31,209 bases of DNA from an uncultured Gammaproteobacteria bacterium (lineage in GTDB: Bacteria; Pseudomonadota; Gammaproteobacteria; JACCXJ01), in NCBI GenBank assembly GCA_963764725.1, contig CAVXTM010000017.1, positions 1 through 31,209 of the forward strand, read 5' to 3'. The notes under the pieces were generated by a model. The model had not been told where the DNA came from and searched no databases. It saw only the letters and a program-made list of their open reading frames with translations. Shown piece after piece: positions 9,040 to 18,231 of this stretch (position 1 is the first letter of the stretch; each line of letters begins with the position of its first letter). Position numbers and translations under genes: made by a program.

Positions 9040-10188
9040 TCAACCGAGCTCCAGCTCGGGCGCGAAGGCCGCGCCGGCGTGCTCGCCGAGGGCGGGAGGC
9101 GCCACGACGTCGCTTCGCGCACCGTTTATACGGAGCGGATTGCGAATGCCCACGACCTTTCCCGCGCGGGCATGGTGCCCTTCGCCGAATGTGCCGAGAT
9201 GACGTACCTGCGAATCTTCGATCACCTCGCCGATTGCATGAACCGGTGCGAACGGAACGTCATACGCCGCAAAAGCCGACTCCCAGTCCGCTCGCGTGCG
9301 CACCGCCCCCACCTTGGACAGTGCGGCTGCAAGCTTCTCGTAGTTGGCGATCCGGTCGCGCAGCGTTTGGAACCGCTGGTCGGTACCAATCGTGGCGCGC
9401 GCATCCATTGCGTCGAGCAGCGCCCACCAGAACTTTTCCGGCACCGACAGGTGCACGGCGATGGCCTTGCCGTCCGCGCAAATCCAAACAAAGCTCTGCG
9501 AGGACGCGACGCGGGACAGCGGCCCGTAGGCTTGCCCGAGCTGGGTATAATAGGCGAACGCGTCAGGCACGAAAGCGATGGCGCTTTCCAGCATGTTGAG
9601 TTCGACGCGCTGGCCGTGTCCCGTCCTGCGACTGGCATGCAGCGCCGCTAGGACGCCACCGAAGGCATAAAGTCCCGTCACGTTATCGGCGAGTGTCGGT
9701 CCGTAGACCTGCGGCTGATCACGATCGAGATACATGTGCAAAATGCCGGAGAGCGCTATGCCCACCGTGTCATAGGCCGGACGCGCCGCGTACGGCCCGT
9801 CCGTCCCGAAGCCGGTGATCGAGCAATGAACCAGCCGAGGATTGGCTCGTTCCAGCACTTTGGCCGTCAGACCGAGCCGGTCCATTACGCCCGGCCTGAA
9901 ATTTTCGATCAGCACGTCGGCAGAGGCGAGCAGATCAAGAAGCTTCACTTTTCCTTCGGTCGAAGCAAGGTCCAGCTGGATGCTTCGCTTGTTCTGGTTG
10001 TAGGCGATGAAATTAGGGCTGTAATCACCGCCCGTGGACCTGCGGAAGGGATCGCCTCCCGCAGGGTTCTCGACCTTGATAACGTCCGCGCCGAGCTGCG
10101 CCAGCAGCATCGCCGCCAGTGGAGCGGTCACCATCGTTCCGATCTCCACGACCTTGATATCTAGGAGCGGACGTAGCGTCTGAGACAT
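9040..10188 (-). CDS. Family III (CaiB/BaiF) CoA-transferase
   Basis: LGADVIKVE, NQNKRSIQLDL, ADVLIENFRPG, CSITGFG, catalytic Asp in TLADNVTG, and PPALGEH. Confidence 0.95.
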   Translation of the reverse strand: MSQTLRPLLDIKVVEIGTMVTAPLAAMLLAQLGADVIKVENPAGGDPFRRSTGGDYSPNFIAYNQNKRSIQLDLASTEGKVKLLDLLASADVLIENFRPGVMDRLGLTAKVLERANPRLVHCSITGFGTDGPYAARPAYDTVGIALSGILHMYLDRDQPQVYGPTLADNVTGLYAFGGVLAALHASRRTGHGQRVELNMLESAIAFVPDAFAYYTQLGQAYGPLSRVASSQSFVWICADGKAIAVHLSVPEKFWWALLDAMDARATIGTDQRFQTLRDRIANYEKLAAALSKVGAVRTRADWESAFAAYDVPFAPVHAIGEVIEDSQVRHLGTFGEGHHARAGKVVGIRNPLRINGARSDVVAPPALGEHAGAAFAPELELG

Positions 10189-11036
10189 CAGGCCCCCTTC
10201 TTCGCACCGCGCGGATATGGCTCGTAGCCCGGCCGGTAGTCCTTGGTGTCAATGAACTTGGAGATGCCCTGGAAATAGCCGCCTTCCGCATCGCGATGGG
10301 ACAACTGGCCGTTCTTGGCGATCAGATACTCGTGCGCCTGCTCGACAGTCATCTCGCGGGTGGCCTTGATGGCCTGCTTGGTGGCGCGCACCGCCTCGGG
10401 GTTTAGGGCGGCAAGCTGGCGCGCGAGTGCCATCACCTCGTCACGAAGCTGGTTGTCCGGCACGGATGCATTGATGAGGCCCATCCGCGCCGCCTCCGGG
10501 CCGTCAAAGGGCTTGCCTGTGATCGAATAGTAGAGCGCGTTGCGGTAGTTCACCGCGACGTTCACGGCCTTACTGACCAGACCGCCGGGGATCACGCCCC
10601 AATTTACCTCGGACAAGCCGAAAACCGCGCTGTCGGCGGCAATGGCGAAATCGCACGCGACCAGCTGGGTGAATGCGCCACCGAAGCAATATCCATTGAC
10701 CATCGCTATGGTCGGCTTGGGGAAATTGTACAGGCGGTGCCAGCGCCACTGATGCGTCGCCCACTCGGTGCGCACGTGCTTTCTGGCATTCTTGGGATCT
10801 CCTTCCAGCTCGCGGAAATAGAGCTTGAGATCCATGCCGGCGCACCAGGCTTTGCCGGCTCCGGTCAGCACGAGGACCAGCGTCTCGGGGTCCGCTTCCA
10901 GATCGAGGATGCAGTCCAGCATCTCTTCGTCCAACTCCGGACTCATGGCGTTGCGCTTGTCCGGACGGTTCAGTGTGACGGTGGTGATACCGTCTTCCTT
11001 ATCGACAAGCACGTTCTTGTAGCTGCTGTTAGCCAT
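10188..11036 (-). CDS. ech: p-Hydroxycinnamoyl/feruloyl-CoA hydratase-lyase homolog (crotonase superfamily)
   Basis: NRPDKRNAMSP, AGMDLKLYFRE, WRW, GLSEVNWG, LVSKA, LYY and C-terminal YRPG match the HCHL/Ech subfamily. Confidence 0.88.
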   Translation of the reverse strand: MANSSYKNVLVDKEDGITTVTLNRPDKRNAMSPELDEEMLDCILDLEADPETLVLVLTGAGKAWCAGMDLKLYFRELEGDPKNARKHVRTEWATHQWRWHRLYNFPKPTIAMVNGYCFGGAFTQLVACDFAIAADSAVFGLSEVNWGVIPGGLVSKAVNVAVNYRNALYYSITGKPFDGPEAARMGLINASVPDNQLRDEVMALARQLAALNPEAVRATKQAIKATREMTVEQAHEYLIAKNGQLSHRDAEGGYFQGISKFIDTKDYRPGYEPYPRGAKKGA

Positions 11037-11092
11037 TCGTTCCTCTCATTGATCCGCGAACCGGACGCCTTCGCCGGATCTCTTTTATTTCA

Positions 11093-11144
11093 TTCAAAAA
11101 GTATATTAAAACTGTAGCTTTGTACGCCTGCTGCCCGCTGTCAA
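11093..11144 (-). promoter_or_regulatory. Promoter (TTGACA) with degenerate operator TTCA-AAA-AGTA upstream of the ech / CoA-transferase / TRAP unit
   Basis: TTGACA at 11144-11139 in an AT-rich patch. ATTCAAAAAGTATATT aligns with ATACATCTTGTATATT (16915) and ATACATAATGTATATT (13510). Confidence 0.45.
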
Positions 11145-11199
11145 GAAGAATTCGCGCGTCCAGGAATGATGTTGCGTGCCCGTAGATCCTGGCGACCAC

Positions 11200-12003
11200 T
11201 CAGTTCGAGCGAAGGAATTGCCGCGTCACGTCGAGGAAATCCTCGAGATTGTCCCAGGGAATCATATGGCCTGCCCGCACACCCACCGCCTGTCCATTTG
11301 GCAGCAGGCTCGCCACCTCCGCAGCTGCTTTAGGTGTGACTACACGCGCCTGCGTCGCGTAGACGAGCAGCGTTGGACAGACGAGCTTCGGGAAATCAGG
11401 GAAAGCATCTTCCTCGTGAAAGTTCTGGTGCGTGATGGTGATCGCCTCGACGCTGCAGGTGGGTAACCACTCTATGCGTAGCGCGATCTGTTCGTCCGTC
11501 CAGCTCGGCGTGAATGCACGAAACGCCTCGACCGTTGCGCCCCGCGAAGCCGCGTCGCGGGCAGAGATGTAGGAGTCGAGCGGAGTCGGATAGGGCTCGC
11601 GGCCGGGGCCGGAGAGCGGCGGGTCGACGAGGACGAGCTTTGAAGCGATCTGAGGAGCCGTCGCCCCGAGACGCGCGGCAATGCGCGCGCCCATCGAATG
11701 GCCGATGACCATGGGCCGCTTGAGACCGACGACCTCGATCAGGCCGATCGCGTCCGCCGCGTAGTCGTCCAGCGAATACCCGAGCCCAGGCATGCTCTCC
11801 GAGAGACCCCGCCCGCGTATGTCCGGAACGACCACACGCCAGTCCTCGGCGAGGCGCCGCGCGACGAAGGTCCAGGTCGCGGCAGGGCTGGTGATCCCAG
11901 GCAGCAGAAGGACCGGCGTTCCGGATGCCGATGGATTGAAGTCGAGATAATGCAGGCGGATGCCGTTCGCCATACAGTGCGCGCCGCGCTGGCTAATCGT
12001 CAT
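11200..12003 (-). CDS. nicD: N-formylmaleamate deformylase-like alpha/beta hydrolase
   Basis: ANGIRLHYL, PGITSPAATW, DIRGRGLS, GHSMGAR, LVDPPLSGPGR, LRIEWLPTC and AGHMIPWD are NicD-subfamily motifs. AAGGAG RBS before ATG 12003. Confidence 0.88.
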   Translation of the reverse strand: MTISQRGAHCMANGIRLHYLDFNPSASGTPVLLLPGITSPAATWTFVARRLAEDWRVVVPDIRGRGLSESMPGLGYSLDDYAADAIGLIEVVGLKRPMVIGHSMGARIAARLGATAPQIASKLVLVDPPLSGPGREPYPTPLDSYISARDAASRGATVEAFRAFTPSWTDEQIALRIEWLPTCSVEAITITHQNFHEEDAFPDFPKLVCPTLLVYATQARVVTPKAAAEVASLLPNGQAVGVRAGHMIPWDNLEDFLDVTRQFLRSN

Positions 12004-12031
12004 TGTCGTCTCCTTTAGGCCGTGCCCGCAC

Positions 12032-12589
12032 TCACCACCCATGCAGCCAAACATCGACGTTTCGCGGCGTCGGAATCCGCTCGTCGTCGTCGAGCGCTCG
12101 ATAGCGGCTGCCGAAGAAGAGAAGCGGTCTGCCATGCGACCGCCGACGCCGCAGCGAGACCACACGCCCGACCATAATGACGTGATCGCCTCCGTCGTAT
12201 TTTGCGTAGGAGGCGCATTCCATCGAGGCGAGGGCACCGGGGAGCAACGGCAGACCGGCCATTGGCCCCGGCTCCGGCACGAGACCGTCCCATTTGTCCG
12301 TAAGGGGACGCGCGAACCGCGTGGAGATATCGTCCTGCTCCTCCGCCAGGATGTTGACCGCGAAACCTCGCGCCTGCTGCCATGCATCAAAGGACCGAGC
12401 ACTGCGCGCAATGCTGAACAGAACCAACGGCGGATCGAGCGACACTGAGTTGAACGAGCTAGCGGTGGTTCCCAGACGCTCGCCGTCAACAGTGATGGTC
12501 GTGATGACGGTCACACCTGTGGGGAAGGTGCCCAGGACCTCGCGAAAAGCTTTGGCGTCGAGCGGTTGTATCTCAACCATCGCGTCCAT
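12032..12589 (-). CDS. Flavin reductase (HpaC/RutF-like), probable partner of the HpaB-type oxygenase
   Basis: FREVLGTFPTGVTVIT, SSFNSVSLDPPLVL, FAVNIL and GGDH. Confidence 0.92.
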   Translation of the reverse strand: MDAMVEIQPLDAKAFREVLGTFPTGVTVITTITVDGERLGTTASSFNSVSLDPPLVLFSIARSARSFDAWQQARGFAVNILAEEQDDISTRFARPLTDKWDGLVPEPGPMAGLPLLPGALASMECASYAKYDGGDHVIMVGRVVSLRRRRSHGRPLLFFGSRYRALDDDERIPTPRNVDVWLHGW

Positions 12590-12693
12590 GTCGTCGCGCC
12601 TTTTCCTGATTGTTCCCGCCTGCCGAAGCGGAAATACCCACACCCGTAGTTGTCGGCGAACTCTCGCGCGCAGCTCTTGACTGATGCAGGCCG

Positions 12694-13443
12694 TCAGTTC
12701 AGGACGCCTCCGCCGTCGACGTAGATCTGCTGCGCGGTGATCAACCCACCCTCGTCGCTGGCGAGCAGCGTCACAATGCCTTCGAGGTCCTTCGGCACGC
12801 CCACCCGGTGGATAAACTTACTTTGTGCCCGGCTCTCAAGTTGCTCGCGGGTAAATGCGCCCGTGTCGATCTGGCCGGGATTGACCATGTTGACGGTGAT
12901 GCCGTCCTTGCCTAGTTCCTTGGCAGCGCAGCGCATCAGCCCCGTCAACGCAGATTTTGACGCCGTGTAGTGGGTGACGTGGGAAAGCGCCTCGCCAATG
13001 GCAGCCGAGCCGATGAAGATGATGCGGCCTGATTGCTGGCGGATGAGATGTGGCGCGACCGACGACGCGCAATTGAACGCGCCCTCGGTGTTGACCCTGA
13101 AGGTGTGCTGCCATTCGCTGCTGGGGATTTGCCAGAACGGCCCGCGCGTGAGATTCTTCCAGACCCCTGCATTGCACACCAGGATGTCGATCCGCTCGAA
13201 AGCGGCGACCACCCGCTCGACCATGGCGTCGACCGACGCGCGCTCGGCCACGTCCACCGTTACTGGGAGGCACTGGGCTGTGGGATGCTCGCGCCGGATC
13301 ACCTCCACGGCCTGCTCCAGATCCTTCGCATCGAGATCAGCGAGAGCCACGTGCGCGCCAGCCCGACAGAACCGGGCGGCGAGCGCGAGCCCGATGCCGC
13401 GAGCGGCTCCCGTGACGATCGCTACCTTGTTCGAAAGATCCAT
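12694..13443 (-). CDS. Short-chain dehydrogenase/reductase (classical SDR)
   Basis: TGAARGIG, CNAG, YTASK, VNPG and VDGG. Start at MDLSNK. Confidence 0.93.
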   Translation of the reverse strand: MDLSNKVAIVTGAARGIGLALAARFCRAGAHVALADLDAKDLEQAVEVIRREHPTAQCLPVTVDVAERASVDAMVERVVAAFERIDILVCNAGVWKNLTRGPFWQIPSSEWQHTFRVNTEGAFNCASSVAPHLIRQQSGRIIFIGSAAIGEALSHVTHYTASKSALTGLMRCAAKELGKDGITVNMVNPGQIDTGAFTREQLESRAQSKFIHRVGVPKDLEGIVTLLASDEGGLITAQQIYVDGGGVLN

Positions 13444-13505
13444 TGTCGTCGCTCGGTTCGATCGGTCCTGCTGTTGCGCCGCTCGCCTCAACTTGAGATG
13501 GAAAA

Positions 13506-13526
13506 TAATATACATAATGTATATTA
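13506..13526. promoter_or_regulatory. Perfect palindromic operator TAATATACA-TAA-TGTATATTA
   Basis: 9-bp perfect inverted repeat with a 3-bp spacer, about 63 bp upstream of the SDR start. Confidence 0.75.
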
Positions 13527-13727
13527 ATTGCTGCCCGATGACAATCGCTTCGTTGATTCCTAATCGCTTACCGAAAGCGAGAGTCGTAGCTTGGCAGGGT
13601 CGGCTCTGAAGGTCCTGCGTTTGGGGATCGAAGAATGGCGGGTGACACCAACGCAGGTGGGCGACGACACCAAGTGGCCGTCGCGGGGGAAGGGAAAAGC
13701 GGTCGACGAGTTTGCTCCCACGTACGA

Positions 13728-14450
13728 TTACGGAACGCGAGCCCCGGCGGCATCGACTACATCAACGCCCGAAGCTGCCATCTCCTTGGACGGGCTGCCG
13801 CTGCCACCGCTCATGCCCCGGATGAAGTCGTCCGAGACGCCCGCCGGCCGTATCTCGAAGATTTCAGTCACGGAGGTGTAGTCGAGATAACCCATCCGGG
13901 CGAGCGGCCGCATCTTCACGATATCCAGCTTGCCATCCTTGCCGATGTAGTCGTCGTTGATGTGGATACCGACAACGCGTCCTATGACTACCGAATTGAA
14001 CATGCCCGGCGTGTCGTTCGCCAGTACGATCGTTTGGTAGTGTTTGCACTCCATGTTGATCGGGCTTTCCTTCACGCGCGGTGGCTTCACCAGGCGCGAT
14101 TCGGCTGGCGTGAGCCGAGTCGCCGCCATCTCGTCGACGTCCGGCTCTTCGATCATGCTTGACTCCACGACGGCGTCGCGCAGTGCATAGGTCGCCATGT
14201 TGTAAACGAACTCGCCGGTTGATTCGGCGTTGGTGACGCTATCCGTGCGCGTGCCATTCCAGCGATTGTATGCCGAGAACATTACATAGGGCGGATCCCA
14301 GCCCAGAATGTTGCTCTGGCTGAAGGGCGCGAGATTGACGACGCCGCCACGGCTGATGGTCGAGATCCAAGCTATCGGCCGAGGTACGACGCAAGACTTG
14401 AACGGGTTGAACGGCAATCCGTGATCGTTCTTCGCGGGTTCATAAAACAT
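13728..14450 (-). CDS. Flavin reductase-like FMN-binding protein (DIM6/NtaB family)
   Basis: PFKSCVVPRPIAWIST, NLAPFS, TGEFVYN, PPRVKESP and PLARMGYLDY. GAGG RBS before ATG 14450. Confidence 0.9.
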   Translation of the reverse strand: MFYEPAKNDHGLPFNPFKSCVVPRPIAWISTISRGGVVNLAPFSQSNILGWDPPYVMFSAYNRWNGTRTDSVTNAESTGEFVYNMATYALRDAVVESSMIEEPDVDEMAATRLTPAESRLVKPPRVKESPINMECKHYQTIVLANDTPGMFNSVVIGRVVGIHINDDYIGKDGKLDIVKMRPLARMGYLDYTSVTEIFEIRPAGVSDDFIRGMSGGSGSPSKEMAASGVDVVDAAGARVP

Positions 14451-14498
14451 CGACAACCTCTTGTGGCGCGGCCCTGGAAAAATGTGCGGTGGGAGGCC

Positions 14499-15561
14499 TC
14501 ACAGGTCGAGTACCAGGCGCGGTGTGCGCGAACGGCCGCAGCAGACCATCATTACAGTGCCTGCTGCCTTCTCTTCATCGGTCAGGATCGTGTCGCGATG
14601 GTCCGGCACCCCCTCGAGAACCCGGGTCTCGCAGGTGCCGCAATAGCCTTCCTGACACGAGAACGTCACCGGCGCGTTGGCGTCCTGAAGAACACTCCCT
14701 AGGCTACGATCAACCGGCACCTGCAGCACCAGTCCCGACCGGCGCAGCTCCACCTCAAACGGCTGGCCTCGTTCCTCGCCTACCGCCTTTGGCGCGTCTT
14801 CGTCCGCTGAGAACCGCTCGATGTGCAACGCCTGCGTATGTCCGTGCGCGACGGCCGCGCTCTCCAGCGCCTTCAGCATGACGTTGGGGCCACAGCCATA
14901 GATGGTTGCGTCCGGTTCGAGCCCGGACAGAAGTCCGTCGATGTTGGGAGGCCCGACCTCGTCCTGCGGCAGCAGCGTGATCTCGCCGCCGTGGTGTTCC
15001 GCGAGCTCACAGAGGAAGCCATTGTGGTCCGCGAGCGGCCACCATAGACCAGCCGCCATTGCTTGCCAGCAAGCTCCGCCTGCCGGATCATCGGCAGTAT
15101 CGGCGTGATGCCAATGCCCCCGGCCAGGAACAGGTAGCGTGGCGCGTCGACAAGTTGGAAACGGTTGCGCGGTCCTCGCGCGCGGATGGTCGCGCCAACC
15201 CTGGCGGCGACGTGGATTTCCTCCGACCCCGCCGCGTCCCGCCGCCTCGCGCAGGACAGCGACACGATAGCGCCTAGTGTCTGCCGGATCGCCGCACAGC
15301 GAGTATTGACGGACCTTGCCAGAACCCAAAACGAGATCGATATGCGCGCCCGGGCCCCAAGCCGGGAGCACGGCGCCGTCGGCGCGTACCAGCTGGAGGA
15401 TCCATGATCTCGGGTGTCTCGAGGGCAATGCGCTCGACGACAAGCACCATGTCGCCGTCATTGGCAACCGGCGCCGTCGCCTCATTCTCGCGAACACCGA
15501 GATTGACCGCTTGCCGTTGCAATCTTGTGGCAGGTTCGAGCTGGTTCGGCATGTATCCCAT
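14499..15561 (-). CDS. PDR/VanB-type FMN-[2Fe-2S] oxidoreductase with three frameshifts; may be the C-terminal half of a P450 fusion
   Basis: Pieces across three frames: VLVVERIALETPEIM / LPAWGPGAHIDL..RQYSLCGDP..REAAGRGG / SEEIH..GPRNRF..AGGIGITPI..YGGRSR / YGCGP..HIERF..CQEGYCGTC..MMVC. Indels near 15402, 15228 and 15017. Confidence 0.88.
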
Positions 15562-15565
15562 GCCA

Positions 15566-16840
15566 TCAACTTTTCGCCGGCGGCGTCCACTCCGCCTTGA
15601 GGTGGTTGATGGTGGTCACGGTCATGACAGGGAGGTACTCGACGGTCTGGCCGGGTGACACACGGATATCGGGAATGCGCTTGAAGAGCTCCTCGAAGGC
15701 CGCCCGCGCCTCCAGGCGTGCTAGCGGATTGCCGAGACATGAATGGCGACCATGGCCGAATGCCAGATGCTTCTCGCGGTTCGGGCGGTGGATGTCCCAC
15801 TTCTGTGAATTTGGGAAATGGCTTTCATCTACCCCGCCGCCGATGAAAAGCAGCCACACCAACGAGCCTTCCGGGACCAGCGCACCGCCGAGTTCGACAT
15901 CCTTCGTTGTGATTCGGAACAGGCCGGGGGAAGTGCCGCGCAGCCGCAGCGTTTCCTCGACTACGTTGGACAGCAGGCTCGGGTTAACCCGCACCTCGGC
16001 ATGCTGCTCGGGGTGCTCGCACAGATGGATGAGCATCAGGCCCATAAGGTTGGCGGTGGTGTCGTTGCCTGCCGCAACGAGCTCGTGGAGCTTTCGCACG
16101 ACGCGCGGCGTCGGCATCGCCTGGCTACCAGAGGCATCCTTCACCTGAAGGATCTGGCTGGTCAGGTCGCCCGCCGGGCAGCGTGCGCGTTCGGCCACGA
16201 ATTCTTCAAAGAACTCCTGGCTCTCGGCCAAGCGCGTCCACCGCGCCCGCCGCTCCTCCTCGCTCATCGGCTTGGTAACCGCGTCCTTGGTCTTTGGCGT
16301 GAGCACGGAAAAGAGGTCCTCAGTCCAGATGCGGTAGTCAGCGGCGCGTTCAGGCGGAACGCCAAGCAGGCCGATGATGACGTTGAGTGAAAGCGGATAG
16401 CAGAACTCCTGCATGAAATCGCACGATCCCCTGCCGATGAACCGGTCTATCAGCATATTTGCGATGCGCCGGATGTTCGGTTCCTGCTTCTGGAGTTCGC
16501 GCGGCAGGAAATGGCGTGCGACGGCCGTGCGATCGGTCGTGTGTTCGGGCGGATCGAGCGAGATGAAGTGGTACGCAAGGTAGTTGTCGGGGATTTTATC
16601 CTTCAAGTCGGCCGGTGGTGGCACGAAGCCGGTGGCCTTGGACGAGAAGGTCTCCCAGTCTCGCGCTGCGCGGCAGATGTCGTCGTACCGCGTGACTACC
16701 CACATCCTGAGCGGCGGATAGTAGAATACGGGTTTGGTTTCCTGCGCGCGCTTGATAGTCGGGACAGGATTACTGAGGAACTCCTGGCTGAAAGGATCGA
16801 AGCCCTCAAGGACGGGGAACGAGGCGGTGTCATGTGACAT
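15566..16840 (-). CDS. Cytochrome P450 with a CYP116-like N-terminus
   Basis: FDPF..PVFY..WVVTRYDDI, DPPEH, I-helix AAGNDTT, EETLR and heme motif FGHGRHSCLG. Start MSHDTASF at 16840. Confidence 0.95.
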   Translation of the reverse strand: MSHDTASFPVLEGFDPFSQEFLSNPVPTIKRAQETKPVFYYPPLRMWVVTRYDDICRAARDWETFSSKATGFVPPPADLKDKIPDNYLAYHFISLDPPEHTTDRTAVARHFLPRELQKQEPNIRRIANMLIDRFIGRGSCDFMQEFCYPLSLNVIIGLLGVPPERAADYRIWTEDLFSVLTPKTKDAVTKPMSEEERRARWTRLAESQEFFEEFVAERARCPAGDLTSQILQVKDASGSQAMPTPRVVRKLHELVAAGNDTTANLMGLMLIHLCEHPEQHAEVRVNPSLLSNVVEETLRLRGTSPGLFRITTKDVELGGALVPEGSLVWLLFIGGGVDESHFPNSQKWDIHRPNREKHLAFGHGRHSCLGNPLARLEARAAFEELFKRIPDIRVSPGQTVEYLPVMTVTTINHLKAEWTPPAKS

Positions 16841-16914
16841 GGCGGCAATATCCTGCTTTTGCGCCCGCACGTTGCGCCCGGCAGCAATCGGGCGATCTCT
16901 GATGCCGAAATTTG

Positions 16915-16954
16915 ATACATCTTGTATATTCTTTGGTGTCTGTCTTGCTGTCAA
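16915..16954 (-). promoter_or_regulatory. Promoter (TTGACA-N17-GAATAT) overlapped by operator ATACA-TCT-TGTAT upstream of the P450
   Basis: TTGACA at 16954-16949. The palindrome at 16915-16927 overlaps the -10/+1 region. Confidence 0.7.
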
Positions 16955-17155
16955 CTCGGAATTGGAAAACCGGCCAAATCCGTAAGGAGCGGCTGAATTC
17001 CACCCGTCGAGATCAAGGCGGCCAAAGAGAAATCTGCTGCGGTCGGGAAGCACCGTGCGGTCCGCGGCGTACTTGGCTTGCGGCCGAACGCCGTGAACCC
17101 TACCTGGATTGCTACGCAGATCTGGACCGTGTGGCGTGGCGCGAAGGCCCTCATG

Positions 17156-18193
17156 CTACCGGCCTGGCACCCGCATTTCCTCTGGCAGGATCTCGCCGTC
17201 CGTCAGAATCTGGCGGCCGTCGAGGAAAAGCGAGCAGCGCTTTAGCGGGATGTCGAGATGACATTCGGTATCGTTTGTGCCGCCGAGCTCGGTGTTCGGC
17301 CCGGTCGAGAACAGCACGTTTCCGTAGTAGCAGCGGCCGTCCACGCCAAGGCTATCGGAAGCCTCCGGACTCGTGGCGAGGAAGGTCCAGCGCGCATTCT
17401 CGTCGAGGCCCCAGCCGATGTGCGATACGGCATAGGCCTTGGGATCCCGAAACCCCATCATGAAGTCGCGCATGATCGCGCCCTCTGCACCGCCGCCCGC
17501 AATGTCCGTGATATAGCCCTTCTTGATGGTGAGCACGATCGGCTCCGAAACGTAGCGTAGAATCGGGTCGAGAAGCAGGTCACCGGAATCGATCACCACT
17601 GTACCGTCCACCCCATCCTCGTCGCCGCCAGTCCACACGAAGCAGCCTGCCCAGGCATCCCAGCGTCCGGGCTCGTCTGTATAGCCGTACTGGCTCACGG
17701 TCTTGAGCTTGCCTATCCGATAGGTGACGTCTGTCCCGCCCGGCGAGGTGATGCGCAGCTCGCGCGCCCCTGCGATCAACCTGTGCGCCGCCTCGACGCG
17801 CCGACGCAATTCCGGCGAGGAGAGCAGGCGCGACAGCACTCCCATCGGCTCCAACACCAGTAGCATACGCGGGCCGGCAGCGGTGATCTGGTCTTGCTCC
17901 TTCGACCAAAGCAGACCGATCAGGTCGATGACCATGTCGGTGTTCTTCAGCGCGTCGATAGCAGCTTGCTGGCCTCGCAGCGAATTGCCTGGACCAAAGA
18001 AGCTACCCGGGCGCTTGCGAATGTTGACGTGAAGGGTGTCGGCGCCAAGATCCTCGGCCGCCGCAGAGAAAGCCAGCGCGTAGTCTCTGCGGATCAAATC
18101 TTCCGAAAGGATGCCAATCCGTTCGCCAGGCTTTACCTTGCACAGTTCGAGTTCCTTCCGGAACAGATCGAACATGTTCTTGTCGACACTCAT
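17156..18193 (-). CDS. nicX: 2,5-dihydroxypyridine 5,6-dioxygenase-like (NicX/Hpo family, M29 peptidase fold)
   Basis: YGYTDEPGRWD, SHIGWG, GNVLFSTGPNTELGG and CHLDIP (His/His/Asp iron ligands). GAGG RBS before ATG 18193. Confidence 0.88.
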   Translation of the reverse strand: MSVDKNMFDLFRKELELCKVKPGERIGILSEDLIRRDYALAFSAAAEDLGADTLHVNIRKRPGSFFGPGNSLRGQQAAIDALKNTDMVIDLIGLLWSKEQDQITAAGPRMLLVLEPMGVLSRLLSSPELRRRVEAAHRLIAGARELRITSPGGTDVTYRIGKLKTVSQYGYTDEPGRWDAWAGCFVWTGGDEDGVDGTVVIDSGDLLLDPILRYVSEPIVLTIKKGYITDIAGGGAEGAIMRDFMMGFRDPKAYAVSHIGWGLDENARWTFLATSPEASDSLGVDGRCYYGNVLFSTGPNTELGGTNDTECHLDIPLKRCSLFLDGRQILTDGEILPEEMRVPGR

Positions 18194-18231
18194 ATTCAAC
18201 CTCTGAACTCGGTGGGTGGAGGGGATCGCCT

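Noticed and set aside
11200-12489. 429-aa hydrolase with a long N-terminal extension
   Set aside because: The extension overlaps the flavin reductase in another frame, and a strong RBS supports the start at 12003. The long starts listed for the P450, nicX, marR, livH and livF ORFs were rejected for similar reasons.
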